From NCBI RefSeq assembly GCF_902713615.1, contig NW_024055473.1, positions 408,610 through 472,609 of the forward strand: 64,000 bases of DNA. The letters run 5' to 3'. The notes beneath the pieces are model-generated. The model made no database searches. It was not told the DNA's origin and saw only the letters and a list, made by a program, of their open reading frames with translations. Position 1 is the stretch's first letter; every line of letters starts with the position of its first letter. Below, piece after piece: positions 47,920 through 61,000 of the stretch. Source of the stretch: Scyliorhinus canicula (taxonomy: Eukaryota). The position numbers were made by a program, and so were the translations under genes.

Positions 47920-50900
47920 GGGTAGTGAAAATACAATGGGTTGAATAATGAACCTCTCCCGCTCTTTGTTGGGGATATATGGATGCATTGGGTCAAATAA
48001 TGTCTCTCCTCTTCAGTTTGTTGGGGGAAGTGGGTTAGAGTGAATTAAAAAATGCAGGTGTCTTTGTTGGTGGGGGCCTTCCCCACCGCCCCTTCACCTC
48101 TCTACGTTAGGGAAATAAGAGGGACAGTGAATTAACTAATGCTCCTCCCCCTCTCAATGTTGGGGAGGTGGGGGCACAATGTATTAACTAATGTCCCTCC
48201 CCTCTCTTTGATGGGCTAGTGGGGGAACAGTGCATTAACTAATGCCCCTGCCTCTTGCTTGGGCATGTGAGGGGCACAGTGGGTTGACTAATGCCGCTCC
48301 CCCCCCCTCTTCGTTGGGAAAGTGGGGCTACAGTGGATTAACAACAGGGGATGTTCACAGTAATTCATTGCAATTTTAATGTAAACCTACTTGTGACACT
48401 AATAAAGGTTATTATTATTAATAGCCCTAAACCACTCGTTGTTGGGGAGGTTAGGGGACAGTGGCTGCACCAGTTCCCTCCTCTTTCTTTGTTGGGTAGT
48501 GGGGGTAGAGTGGATTAACTAATACCCCCGCTCGTTGTTGGTGAACGGGTATAGAGTGGATTGCCTAATACCCCCCTCTTTGTTGGGCAATGGGGGTAGA
48601 GTGGATTAACTAATACCCCCGCTCTTTGCTGGGCAGTTGGGGTAGCGTGGATTAACTAACATCCCCGCTCTTTGCTGGGCAGTTGGGGTAGAGTGGATTA
48701 ACCAATTCCCCCCCCCCCCCCCCCCCCCCCCCCCACCCCGCTCTTTGCTGGCCGGTGGGGGAAGAGTGGATTAACTAATACCCCCACTCTTTGTTGGGCA
48801 GTGGGGATAAAGTGGATTGACTAATACCCACCCCCACTCTCTTTTGGGCAATTGGGGTAGAGTGGATTAACCAATACCCCCACTCTGTGTTGGGGAAGTG
48901 GGGGTACAATGGATTGACTAATTCCCCTCTCCCACTCTGTGTTGGGGAAGTGGGGGTACAATGGATTGACTAATTCCCCTCTCCCACTCTGTGTTGGGGA
49001 AGTGGGGGTACAGTGGATTGACTAATTCCCCTCTCCCACTCTGTGTTGGGGAAGTGGGGGTACAATGAATTGACTAATTCCCCTCTCCCACTCTGTGTTG
49101 GGGAAGTGGGGGTACAACAGATTGATTATATCCCTCTCCCTCTCTGTGTTGGGGAAGTGAGGGTACAATGGATTGATTAATTCCCCTCTCCCACTCTGTG
49201 TTGGGGAAGTGGGGGTACAATGGATTGCCTAATTTCCCTCTCCCACTCTGTGTTGGGGAAGTGGGGGTACAATTGATTGACTAATTCCCCTCTCCCACTC
49301 TGTGTTGGGGAAGTGGGGGTACAAGGTATTGACTAATTCCCCTCTCCCACTCTGTGTTGGGGAAGTGGGGGTACAATGGATTGACTAATTCCCCTCTCCC
49401 ATTCTGTGTTGGGGAAGTGGGGGTACAATGGATTAACTAATTCCCCTCTCCCGCTCTGTGTTGGGGAAGTGGAGGTATAGTGGATTGACTAATTCCCCTC
49501 TCCCACTCTGTGTTGGGGAAGTGGGGGTACAATGGATTGACTAATTCCCCTCTCTCCCACTCTGTGTTGGGGAAGTGGGGTACAATGGATTGACTAATTT
49601 CCCTCTCCAACTCTGTGTTGGGGAAGTGGGGGTACAATGGGTTGACTAATTCCCCTCTCCAACTCTGTGTTGGGGAAGTGGGGGTACAATGGATTGACTA
49701 ATTCCCCTCTCCCACTCTGTGTTGGGGAAGTGGGGGTACAATGGATTGACTAATTCCCCTCTCGCACTCTGTGTTGGGGAAGTGGGTGTACAATAGATTG
49801 ATTAATACCCCTCTCCCACTCAGTGTTGGGGAATAGGGGGTATAGTGGATTGACCAATTCCCCTCCCCCACTCTGTGTTGGGGAAGTGGGGGTACAATGG
49901 ATTGACTAATTCCTCTCTCCCACTCTCTTTTGGGGAAGTGGGGGTACAATGGATTGACTAATTCCCCTCTCCAACTCTGTGTTGGGGAAGTGGGGGTACA
50001 ATGGATTGACTAATTTCCCTCTCCAACTCTGTGTTGGGGAAGTGAGGGTATAGTGGATTGACTAATTCACCTCTCCCACTCTGTGTTGGGGAACTGGGGG
50101 TACAGTGGATTGACTAATTCCCATCTCCCACTCTGTGTTGGGGAACTGGGGGTACAATGGATTGACTAATGCCCGTGTCCCACTCTGTGTTGGGGAAGTG
50201 GGGGTATAGTGGATTGACTAATTCACCTCTGCCACTCTGTGTTGGGGAAGTGGGGGTACAATGGATTGACTAATTGCCCTCTCCCACTCTGTGTTGGGGA
50301 AGTGGGGGTACAATGGATTGACTAATTCTCCTCTCCCACTCTGTGTTGGGGAAGTGGGGGTATAGTGGATTGACTAATTCACTTCTCCCACTCTGTGTTG
50401 GGGAAGTGGGGGTATAGTGGATTGACTAATTCACCTCTCCCACTCTGTGTTGGGGAAGTGGGGGTACAATGGATTGACTAATTGCCCTCTCCCACTCTGT
50501 GTTGGGGAAGTGGGGGTACAGTGGATTGACTAATTTCCCTCTCCAACTCTCTGTTGGGAAGCGGGGGTATAGTGGATTGACTAATTCCCCTCTCCAACTC
50601 TGTGTTGGGGAAGTGGGGGTACAGTGGATTGAATAATGCCCCTGTCCCACTCTGTGTTGGAAGTGGAAGTACAGTGGATTGCCTAATGCTTCCCCCTTTC
50701 TTTGTTGAGAATACGGGGGCACAGTGGATTAAAAAATGCCTCTGTCCCTCTCTTTGTTTGTGAAGTGGTGTGATAATGGATTGACTAATGCCCCTTCTCC
50801 GCTCATTGTTGGGAAGTGAAGGTACAGTGAATTAGATACAGTCGCCCCACGCTTTGTTGTGAATTGGGGTTCAGTAGATTAACAATGTACCTTTCTCGTC
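47920..50900. repeat. 52-bp minisatellite (homogeneous core about 48880-50660, about 34 copies) in the IgM CH4-TM1 intron
   Basis: Unit ctgtgttggggaagtgggggtacaatggattgactaattcccctctcccact with period 52 (for example 48905 and 48957); degenerate flanks. Confidence 0.95.
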
Positions 50901-51296
50901 TCTTGGGATAGTTGGCCCATGTTTCTGTGTGACCCGCAATTCAGTTTGCAGAGGGTGTGAGGCAGCAACTTACAGCTGACATCATCTTTCAATGAATGGA
51001 CAATGGGAAAAGCAGGTACACCGAGATGTAAATGTGATGCGTTTGTTTATCTGAAATGGGAAATTGCCCTACTTATCCACAGCGGGAGGTAAGCTGATTT
51101 ATTTATTTTGCGGAAGGCTATAATGAATGAGATTTACTTAGTTTCTAGTGCAGGTATAATAGAGCTGCGCGCATTGCTTCCGGAAAACTTTGAGTCCTGT
51201 AAAGATCCGATCTTTACCAAACAGATCTGGCATTAGGACAAATGGAAACAGTATTTGAGCGGATGTGTATTTAAATCACAAGGAGAAGTAAAAACA

Positions 51297-51302
51297 TTTA
51301 TT
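51297..51302 (-). terminator. PolyA signal of the secretory IgM transcript
   Basis: AATAAA 35 nt after the secretory stop codon. Confidence 0.7.
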
Positions 51303-51336
51303 ATTTTTTGCAGTTCGAAATGAAAGTGCTAAATTC

Positions 51337-51728
51337 TCACTGACATGAATTAACGGTGTCCATCAGAGCGAGGGAAATGTTCACAAAACTGGGTTTACCG
51401 CTGGATTTATCAACCGTTCTGTTGATGATCTTCAAGGGGATGGCTTCATGTCCCACCACACAGGAGTAAGAAGCGCCGCTGGCCCACTCCTCCGCTGCAA
51501 TGGATAACAGGCTGTACATGAAGAAGGAGCTATTGCCGTTCTCCGCCATCACCTCGGTGTTCTTGTAGTTCCCGGGATTCACCGGCTTGTCATTGACGGT
51601 CCACTTGACGAAGATCTCTCAGGGGGAGAAACCTCTCACTAAGCAGCTGAGGGAGACGAATCTCTGAGCGGAGACGTCTTCAGCCGAGGGCAGGAGGACA
51701 GAGACGGACGGTTCCCGCGGATTGGGAT
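51337..51728 (-). pseudogene. IGHM: IgM CH4 + secretory tail exon with in-frame TGA at 51621-51619
   Basis: [46 protein letters not shown]...[43 protein letters not shown]. Confidence 0.9.
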
Positions 51729-52059
51729 CTGCAGAAAATGCACAATAAATGTCAATAAAATGGGGAATTCCGGAGACAATGGAACCGCCGGTTAGATGTG
51801 AGAGAAATGTGCTTTGTGTTGGATTTTAAAGGTCTACATTTTCCACTTTGGGATCTGACGGGTTTCCCAGCTCGGAGCAGAGGTTTGGCTGAGAATTCAC
51901 GGGGTTGCACCAGAAAGTTTCAGAAAGTGGACAGCAGGGAAACAGGCCATTGATCCAACTGTTGTGTGTTGGTGTATAAGCTTCACACCCGGCTATCCCC
52001 ACCTTACTCCCAGAGGATTGGAAAACTGCCGAAATTCAAAACAGGGAGAGAAACAAAAA

Positions 52060-53400
52060 AGGGCCAGTGACCTTAACACCTGTCAGTGGGAGACAGTTAG
52101 TGTCCATTATAACGGATGTAATAACAGAGCATTTAGAAATACATAACATAATCTCGCAGAGTCAGCGCGGCTTCCTGGAGGGAAAATCATGCTTCACAAA
52201 TTTATTGCAACTATTTGAGGAAGTAACAAACAGGCCAAAAAGTGAACCAGTAGATGTTGGCGGCATCGTAGCACAGTGGTTACAACTGTTGCTTCGCAGC
52301 TCCAGGGTCCCAGGTCCGATTCCTGGCATGGGTCTGCACGTTCTCTCCATGTCTGCGTGGGTTTCCTCCCACAGTCCAAAGATGTTCAGGTTTGGTGGAT
52401 TAGCCATGATAAATTAATCCTTAGTGTCCAAAAAGGTCAGATGGGGTTACAGAGATAGGGTGGAGGTGTTGTCTTAAGTAGGGTGCTCTTTCCAAGGACC
52501 GGTGCAAACACAATGGGTCGAATGGCCTCCTTCTCTACTGTAGATTCTATGATTCTATGTAATCCACGTGAATTTCTAAACAGCGATGAATAAGTGAATG
52601 TACTATTACCAAGCTGGCAGAAGATACATAAATAGGGAGGAAGGCAAGTTAAATGAGAATAGGCAGGTGGAACTTCATGTCAGAAAATGTAAGAATATGT
52701 ACCGTGGTAGGAGAAATAAAGGAAATGAACTTTAATTAGGATAAAGATGGATAAGGACTGCAGAAACGAGGGATTTGGGGAATTACAGAACGCGAACATG
52801 CAACTAATAGGGAATGCAAATTGAATGTTGACCTTCATTTTAAGTGGAATGGAATAACAAAATAGGGAGGCCTTGCTATAACTATACAGTGCACTAGCTA
52901 CACCACATCTTATGTACTTGAATAATTTTGGCGCCCTTATCTCAGGAAGACATATTATTTTTAAAAGCTGTCCAGAGAATGTGCACGAGGTTCATCCCGG
53001 GTATGGGGGGATTTTTGTGAGTGGTTGAGCTGGTTGGGCCTGTACTCACTGGAGATTAGAATGAAGACGATCTGATTGAGACAAAAAGATTCTCAGAGGG
53101 GTTTACAGGGTAGATACTGAGAGGTTGCTTTCCCTTGTCGAAGGGTCTTGGACAGGGGCATAATTTCAAAGTAAGGGAACCCCTATTTCAGATAGACATG
53201 AGCAGGAATTTCTTCTCTCAGAAGGCAGAGAATTTGTGGAATTGTTTAACACAGATAGATATAGGGACTTGGTCGTGAAGTATATTCAAGGCTGAGATGA
53301 ACAGATTTTTAATCAGTAAAAAAAATCAAGGGATATGGGATTATGGCGGGAAAGTGGAATTGAGATTGATATCAGATCAATCATGATTTCGATGAATGCC
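52060..53400 (+). mobile_element. Decayed CR1 LINE with nested SINE
   Basis: SQRGFLEGKSCFTNLL motif and CR1-like 3' sequence. Confidence 0.75.
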
Positions 53401-53667
53401 GGTCAGTCTTCATGGGCCCCCTTGCCTAGGCCAGCTCTTATCACTTATGGTCAATGTTCTTGCTCCATCTGAACCAAATATCACCGCCTTCAATTCATTC
53501 ATCATTCATATCGATTTCCCCATAAATTCTACAGGCGCAGATTATTTAGTTAGCGGAATTACCCATCAGATTAGACCGAAGATGTACTGAACACTAAATA
53601 TTGACCGTTCTACTGACGCTAGAGATAGACGCAATGACTCACTTATTGCTTCAATGACACAGCTCAC

Positions 53668-53976
53668 CTATATTCTTATGGATGGAATTTCTTAAAGGAG
53701 TTGGCAGGTCTTGATGGGTCGCCACACAGTCAAAGACAGCCCCACTCAACCAGTCTTGTGTCGAGATGTTTAATCTGCTGACCACGCTCTCAGTATCTGC
53801 CCAAGGCTGGTCGGTAATCTCTGATTTCAGCGGCTTCTTTGCTTCACTCCAGGACACGTTGACTCTATATGGAGCATTCGAAACAATGCATGTTAAGGTT
53901 ACAGTCGCCTCCAGTAAGACCTGTTCTATTGGCGGTGGCAGTAATGTTACTGAGGCATCAGTGCAAAGGGACGGAT
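53668..53976 (-). CDS. IGHM: IgM CH3 exon, intact (309 nt)
   Basis: [43 protein letters not shown]...[30 protein letters not shown] with AG/GT, phase 1. Confidence 0.93.
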
Positions 53977-54777
53977 CTATGAATGAAAAAATGAAATCAA
54001 CCCAAGTTCCATCTCAAGAAACAGGACAGCAGGATTCAGCCTTCACTCACTCAATGGGAATAAATCAACTTCGAAATATCAACCCTAACGATTGCCTTTA
54101 TAAGGGGCTGGTTTAGCTCACACAGCTAAATCGCTGGCTTTTAAAGCAGGCCAGCAGCACGGTTCAATTCCCGTACCAGCCTCCCCGGACAGGCGCCGGA
54201 ATGTGGCGACTAGGGGCTTTTCACAGTAACTTCATTGAAGCCTACTCGTGACAATAAGCGATTTTCATTTTTTCATTTTCATATTTTGGATACACAAAGG
54301 AAAACAAGCTTGTGTATGAAAACTATTCTCATTGTTAAAGTCGTTCAACCCTGGTATCATTCCAACGAAAAAGCATTTCAATATTCCCAATTCGAGAACA
54401 CCATTGCTGATCGATGGAACGCAGTAATGAACGCTGATCCATAAATAGATTGGATGAACTTTCTCCGGAGCTGTTATCAGTAAAGGGTTCCTTGCACCCC
54501 CTGCCTCTCAAATACAATCAGTTGTCTCAGGATAAAGCTGATATCAAGTCCACTTCACTCACTAAATTATTTGAAGGTAGAGAAAACATTCTTTACTGTT
54601 CTGATAAAATTCTGAATGGTGAGCAATCCTAATGGAGCTCTGACATCAGAATGAAACACAAACTACATGGCAGTAAATTTGAAGTTGTTCTGTGTTTTGT
54701 AACTTTAGTAAATTCCTGATTTGGATTAACATCAGAGTGCAGGCTGATTTATTGTTTCCTCTGTTTGTGTCTCTTAC

Positions 54778-55089
54778 CAGACGCGGTGATGTTGTGACTT
54801 TGGGTGACCTCTTGATGAGTGACCTGACAGGTATATACCGCTTTGCTGAACCATTGCCCAGCGGAGACTGTCAGCCGACTGCTCGCCGAGAAGGTCCCGT
54901 TCACTTCACAGGCGGGAGAGGTGACAATTCCTGAACCCAGTGGTTGTCCATTCTTCAGCCACTTTACCGTCATTGCCTTTGGACGAAAATCGTTGATTGA
55001 ACAGACGATGGTTGTAAATTTCTGTCTTGTGATTTCTTCACTGTTACTCATGGTGAGGATAACAGTTGGATAGTTGTCAGGCAGGCGGC
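54778..55089 (-). CDS. IGHM: IgM CH2 exon, intact (312 nt)
   Basis: [19 protein letters not shown]...[21 protein letters not shown]...[25 protein letters not shown] with AG/GT, phase 1. Confidence 0.93.
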
Positions 55090-55302
55090 CTACAAGAAAC
55101 ACGTGTTAGACATTTCTTACAGAAAAACAATGAGAATAAATAAAATGGCCTCATACTTTAACAGTAATTTTGCGACCAATATACACTAAGCTGGTATTTC
55201 CATGGATCAGGACAATGAAGTTTAGTGTAAATGGGTTACAACCAAGACCCTATACAATGTAATCATAGGCTTGCTGTTTCTCACAATTTCCACAACACTT
55301 AC

Positions 55303-55540
55303 ATGTCATTCCAATGCTCTTGTCTGAGCCGCTGTGTCGAACCTCACAGCTGATTTTGCTGCATCCCCCTTCTGACTCGGTGATGGTTAACTGGCTGCTC
55401 AGGGTGTAGGTTCCCTTCTTGTTTCTCACTGACGGGTATTTCTTAACTCCTGTGGTGATCGGCTGCCCATCTTTCTTCCAGGTAAGGCTGGTGATTTCTG
55501 GGGAGTAGTTCATCGCCAAACAGCCGTAGGTCACGGAGCC
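55303..55540 (-). pseudogene. IGHM: IgM CH1 exon remnant, 5' end and splice acceptor missing
   Basis: [25 protein letters not shown]...[10 protein letters not shown]...KISCEVRH...GMT followed by gtaagt. The sequence abuts CR1 DNA at 55541. Confidence 0.9.
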
Positions 55541-56075
55541 AAACTACCAGAAGGATGTGGAGGCTTTAGCGAGGGTGCAAAAGAGATGTACCAGGATTTG
55601 CTTGGTATGGGGGGCATTAGCTATGAGGAGAGGTTGAATAAGCTTGGTTTGTTCTCACTGGAACGAAGGAGGTTGAGGGGTGACCTGATAGAGGTCTACA
55701 AAATTATGAGAGTCATAGACAGTGTGGATAGTCAGAGACTTTTTCCCAGGGTAGAGGGGTCAAGGGGTATAGGTTTAAGGTGCGAGGGCGAAGGATTAGA
55801 GGAGATGTATGGGGCATGTATGAGGTATGAGGCAAGGTTTTTACCCAGAGGGTAGTAGGTACTTGGAACTCGCTGCCAGAGGAGATGGTGGAATCAGGGA
55901 TGATAGTGACGTTGAAGGAGCATCTTGACAAATACGGAATAGGATGGGAATAGAGGGATACGGACCCCGGAAGTGTAGAAGATTTTAGTTTTGACGGCCA
56001 CCATGGTCAGCGCAGGCTTGGAGGACCGAAGGGCCTGTTCCTGTGCTGTACGTTTCTTTGTTCTTTGTTGTTCTT
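55538..56075 (+). mobile_element. 5'-truncated CR1 LINE inserted antisense into IgM CH1
   Basis: It begins gcc-aaactaccagaaggatgtggaggctttag (compare 10930 gccacacgaccagaagg), contains RRLRGDLIEVYKI and ends cctgtgctgtac(gttcttt)n. Confidence 0.92.
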
Positions 56076-56079
56076 TGAA

Positions 56080-57455
56080 TGAAGGTGGATTAATGACGGA
56101 GAGTGAGAAACAGTGTGTCAATGCGAGTGAGTGAGGGTGGGTGAGTGTCGTTGGGTGAGTGAGGGTGGGTTATTGTGGGTGAGTGAAGATGAATGAGTGA
56201 GTCTGAGTGAGTGAGGAAGGGGGGCATGGATGAGTGTGAGTGAATGGGTCAGAGTGAATGACTGACTGAAGGAGGGTTGGTTGGTGGGGATGTGTACGAG
56301 GGTGGTGGATTGAGTGAAGGTGTGTAAATTACAGTGCGTGCTTGAGTGTGGGTGTATGAGTAAGCACGTATGAGTGAAAGTGAGTGTGAGTGATCCAGGG
56401 TACGCAATTGCGGGTGATTGAGTGTTGGGAGATAGGGTGGAATGAGTGAGGGTGGCTGAGTGAATGTTAACGAGTTAAAGTGTGTGTGATAAAAGATGTG
56501 AGAAGAAAAGAGTTTGTGCATGAGACTATCTGCGTGAGACTGTAAGTCTGTGTGTGTGAGATAGATTGTGTGTGTCTGTGTGAGTGAGTGAGTGAGTGAG
56601 AGATGCAATGCTTGTGAGGAACAAGTGTGAACGGGACAGTGTCTATGTGTGAGAGAGGGTGTGTGTATCCTTGTGTAAGAGTGAGTTTGCGTGCGTGCGA
56701 GAGGTGTGTGAGAGAGAAAAGCAGTGTGTGCATGAGGGTGTCTGTGTGTGTATGTGAGAGATTGTGTGTGAGAGAGGCAATGTGTGTGAGACATTGTGAA
56801 AGGGAGAGTGCATTTGTGAGAGGGAGATAGTGTGTGTGTGAGTGAGAGTATGGACGAGAGCGAACGTGTAGAAGAATGTATCTTTGTGCGAGAGAGTTCA
56901 AAGTATGTAATAATAATCTTTGTTGTCACAAGTTGCCTTACATTGTAATGAAGTTCATGTAAAAAGTCCCTACTCGCCACATTCCGGCACCGACCACACA
57001 GAGGGAGAATTCAGAATTTCCAAATGACCGAACCGAACGTCTTTCGGGACTAGTGGGAGGAAACCGGAGCACCCGGAGGAAACCCACGCAGACACATGGA
57101 GAACATGCAGACTCTGCACAGACAGTGACCCAAGCCGGGCATCGACTCTGGGACCTTGGTGCTGTGAATCCACAGAGTATATGTGTGAGCGAGAGTGTGT
57201 GTAAGCAAGTACGTGTGATGAGAGAAAGTGTGACGTTGGACTGGGGTGAGCACACTAAGAAGTCTTTCAACGCCAGGTTAAAGTCCAACAGGTTTATTTG
57301 GAATCACGAGCTTTCGGAGCACTGCTCCATCTTCAGGTGAGTGAAGAAAAAGTGTGTGAGAGTATGTGTGTGTGAGTGAATGTGTATGAGAGAGTGTATG
57401 TGAGAGTGAGCGAAAGATAAATAGAAATAGCGTGCATGTGTGTGTATGAGAGAGT

Positions 57456-57488
<33 letters not shown>

Positions 57489-57850
57489 TGAGAGAACGAG
57501 CTTGTCAGAAAGAGTGCAACTGCTTGACAGATATGTGAGGGAGATGATGTGTGTGAGTGTGTTTGTGCATGTGTGAGCAAGTGCGTATGTGTGTAAGAGA
57601 GAGTGTATGAGAGAGTGTGTACAGGTGAGTGGTTTTGTGTGGGTGTGTGAGAGAGATAGTGTGGGAGAGGTTCCGTGTGTTTGAGAGAGAAGTTATGTGT
57701 GCAAGAGAGAGTGTGAGACAGGGAAATATTTTGAGAAAGAGTGTGTGTTTTTGTGTGTGTGCTTATGTGTGAAACAGAGACAGACAGAGAGACGGTGTGT
57801 GTTTCAGAATGTGTTTGCGTGTGGGCGTGTGAGAGAAATTTCTGATGCAC
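56080..57850. repeat. (GT/GA)-rich low-complexity tract with nested SINE
   Basis: gagtgagt/gtgtga repeats; the ORFs are H/T/S/L artefacts. Confidence 0.85.
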
Positions 57851-57987
57851 TTGTCAAATATCAAGTCAAATTTTCACATTTCTTCCAGATGCATGTCTTT
57901 AAAATAAATCAATCAAATTTTACTCTCTGAAATACAGGAGAAGAAACCAGAAGGTTTAGAACCAGTCTTGAAAATTCCTGGTCCCTG

Positions 57988-58027
57988 CACAGTGACCACG
58001 TGGACAGAAATCGAAAAGACACAAACC
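57988..58027 (+). other. Isolated RSS-like motif in the JH-CH1 intron
   Basis: CACAGTG, 24-nt spacer, ACACAAACC. Confidence 0.45.
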
Positions 58028-61000
58028 GTACAACAATCGAGTTCCCAGCAGATAGGTCTGTTCAATCTGTCAATTTCATTCAAACTGATTCGAACTGATC
58101 AATGATCAACTTCTGACAACAATAATTCAATAGCTGATTTGAAATGAACTGACATCCATTTCCATACTCTCTCCGACGATTTCTCCCTCTCTGAGTCATG
58201 TTACCTAAAATATAATTTCGCTGACAATGAGCATATTAAATATAACAGATTAAAGAGTTTCATGTCTGTAACAGAGACCGGTGACAAAGTAAGAATTAAA
58301 GAAACCAGGAAATATTCTCATTAAAAAACGATTGACTGTTTTATTTAATTGCTTAATTGAATGTGGGGGGGGGGGGGGGGGCACGGTGGCACAGTGGTTA
58401 GCACGGTTGTTTCACAGCACCAGGGACCCCGGTTCGATTCCCGGCTTTGGTCTCTATCTGTGCGGAGTCTGCACCGTGTCTGCGTGTGTTTGCTCCGGGT
58501 GCTCCGGTTTCCTCCCACTAATCCCGAAAGACGTGCTGTTCAGTAATTTTGAAATTCTGAATTCTCCCTCTGCGTACCCGAACAGGCGCCAGAATGTGGC
58601 GACTAGGGGCTTTTCACAATAACTCGGTTGCTAATGTCAGCCTACTTGTGACAATAATGAAGATTATTAGCATTAAAAAATGTAATCAACAAGATAATCG
58701 ACCTAAAATACCCGAGTAAAGAAATTCTTTGTTTTTTAAATTCATTTTCGATGCAATTTAAAATTCATTAAAAACTTTTATATTGTGCGTGCCGAGTCTT
58801 CAACTGAATTGTAGGGGGTCATTTATGTTTAATAAGTCAGTATTAATATTACATTGCAAGCTATTGTTAATTGTCAATTAGTTGTCTTGTTAGATGACCT
58901 GCACTCTATAATATAAATTGTAAAAAATAGTTTCTATCATTTAAATTTATTCCTGCATGAAACATTGTTAAATAATCTGAGTTTTATTAAGTAGTAAGAA
59001 ATGTTAATCAATAAACTTCACATAACCGGATGGAAACATTCAGACAGTATAATACTTTTATATGAATTTAATCAAATTTTAGTACTTACCTTTTTGCATT
59101 TACTCTAACTGCCCTTTTTTAACCTACCAAAAATGTTAAATTTGCACATTTCTGAAGGCGGTGATAAATCCTGAATTCCATCTATTCTCAGACTGTAATT
59201 CAGGTGATAAATCAATGAGTGAAATATAGCAGATATTTTCAACCTTGCTGACAGTGTTAGAACTGCCCATGCCCGCGCGTGCGTTTGTGTATGTGTTTCT
59301 CCATATGTGTCAGTGTAGCGGTGGGGGGTGTGGTGGATGGGCGAGGGGGTTAGATCATATTATGGTTAAAGCTGGACTTCCGAGTTTTGAACCCGTCGTA
59401 ATTCGATACTACACATATAAACATAAATAAAGTCCCTGGCAGTCTGTCATCAATAAAATAGCTTCCTAGATTTAAAAACTCAGAAAATCCCAGTAATTTA
59501 GTCCTCAAAGATATTACTTAATGGAAGCAGATCCAAATTAATCAGTGTAAACATAGTGAAGACAAATAGTTCAGATCCTTAATCACAACACTAAATCACA
59601 ATGAGCAAATGGAGTAGATTTTTTTTGTTCACTTTAACGTTTCAGAAGAAATAAACAAGAGGTTCAGATGTAATCTCTTCTTCTATTCTATCATTCGTTT
59701 TCCCACAATTCTGTTCTGTGTGCAGCACAGCTATGGGAGATAGGATGTTATTATTTATTGCTAAGCTAATGTTCGGCTTTTGTAATTAATCTCTTTGAAT
59801 TTCAAGGTTTTACTTGTCAATCTCCAGCCTTGTGCAGTTTGAACATTCCTACAATTCAAATAAACCATACGAACATCTCCTTCACTGCCTGAGACCTCGA
59901 CCTCTCAGAAAACGTTAGGATTAAATTAATGACAATCGACTCGCTCTCCAACTACAAATGACATTGAAGGAATCATATTGCTGCAGCTGCACAGAGGGAA
60001 TATAATAACTGTACACACAAATTGCCAAACTGCAATGTTAAAATCCGATTTAAGTAACTGCAAACGTAATCAGGAGTATGAAAACATATTTAAAATCTCT
60101 TGTGTATCTGAACAAAGCTGTAGATTCAGTATGTTATTATTAAAACAGCTCAGGCAAAATCACAAAATATTTAAAGCCGATAAACGTTTCCGATCATGCT
60201 AATGCTGTGCAGAGCACAGCAGAATTGTGAAAGGCAATTGATGATGAATGATATTTATTATGAAAACATCTATGGTTAATATGGAGTTATATAACCGCGA
60301 TATAATTGTTTAAATTATATTAATTTTACTTTCCAATATGAAAACGTTTTCATTAAGTAGTTTGAGACTGCAGCAACGAATTGTGTTCTGAATGAAGCCA
60401 AACGTTTGATTTTAATCTGTAATCATCAGTTAAAATAAAATAGGCCGAATATATAGTTAATTAATTTCTTCATCTCCAACACCTGCCTGTTTTCTCCTTA
60501 GAGTCGTGTTTCAAACAGTTTCAAACATGTACATTGTTTGCATTAAACCAGGAAACATCTCAATGTCACCGAGCTTAAAAAATGTAGAAACGCCAAACCG
60601 TTTCACAAATATAACTTATTTCAAGTCACCCAGACACACAATCTCCTCTCCAGGAAAACACCGAATCTCATCACCAAGGGGCTAAAGCTCGCTGCGTGGA
60701 GAAGCAGCTCAGTTCAAAAAACACTTGCAACAGAATCAAACATAACTTTTCAAGAAAACTTCAATCTCGAACCCACCAACTCAGTCTGTTACCAAATGAA
60801 TTAATAATTAAACCAAAGAGAAATATGAAACAATATCATCAGTATTGTGAATACGGAGAACACATCAAACTTAGCATATTTTGTTAATATTGGATTCGTT
60901 TCCAACACTTGTGCAGGACGTGGTAAAACTTGCAGCCTCCAGATGTCACCGAGATTATACATTGTACAACCGCCAAACGGTTTAACAGACGTTAGGTATT

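Noticed and set aside
48880-50660. Regular repeat array resembling CRISPR or an RSS array (CACAGAG in each unit on the minus strand)
   Set aside because: Units are contiguous with no unique spacers, the DNA is eukaryotic, and no nonamer lies at 12 or 23 nt. It is a minisatellite. The ORFs 49437-50722 are repeat translations.
56249-57930. ORFs of 116-243 aa in the JH-CH1 intron, considered as a possible replacement exon
   Set aside because: GT/GA low-complexity and SINE sequence with no Ig-fold motifs. The missing 5' part of CH1 was not found here.
59090-59150. Octamer-like ATTTGCAC/TTTTGCAT motifs in the AT-rich J-C intron (possible intronic enhancer)
   Set aside because: They are imperfect matches expected by chance in AT-rich DNA.
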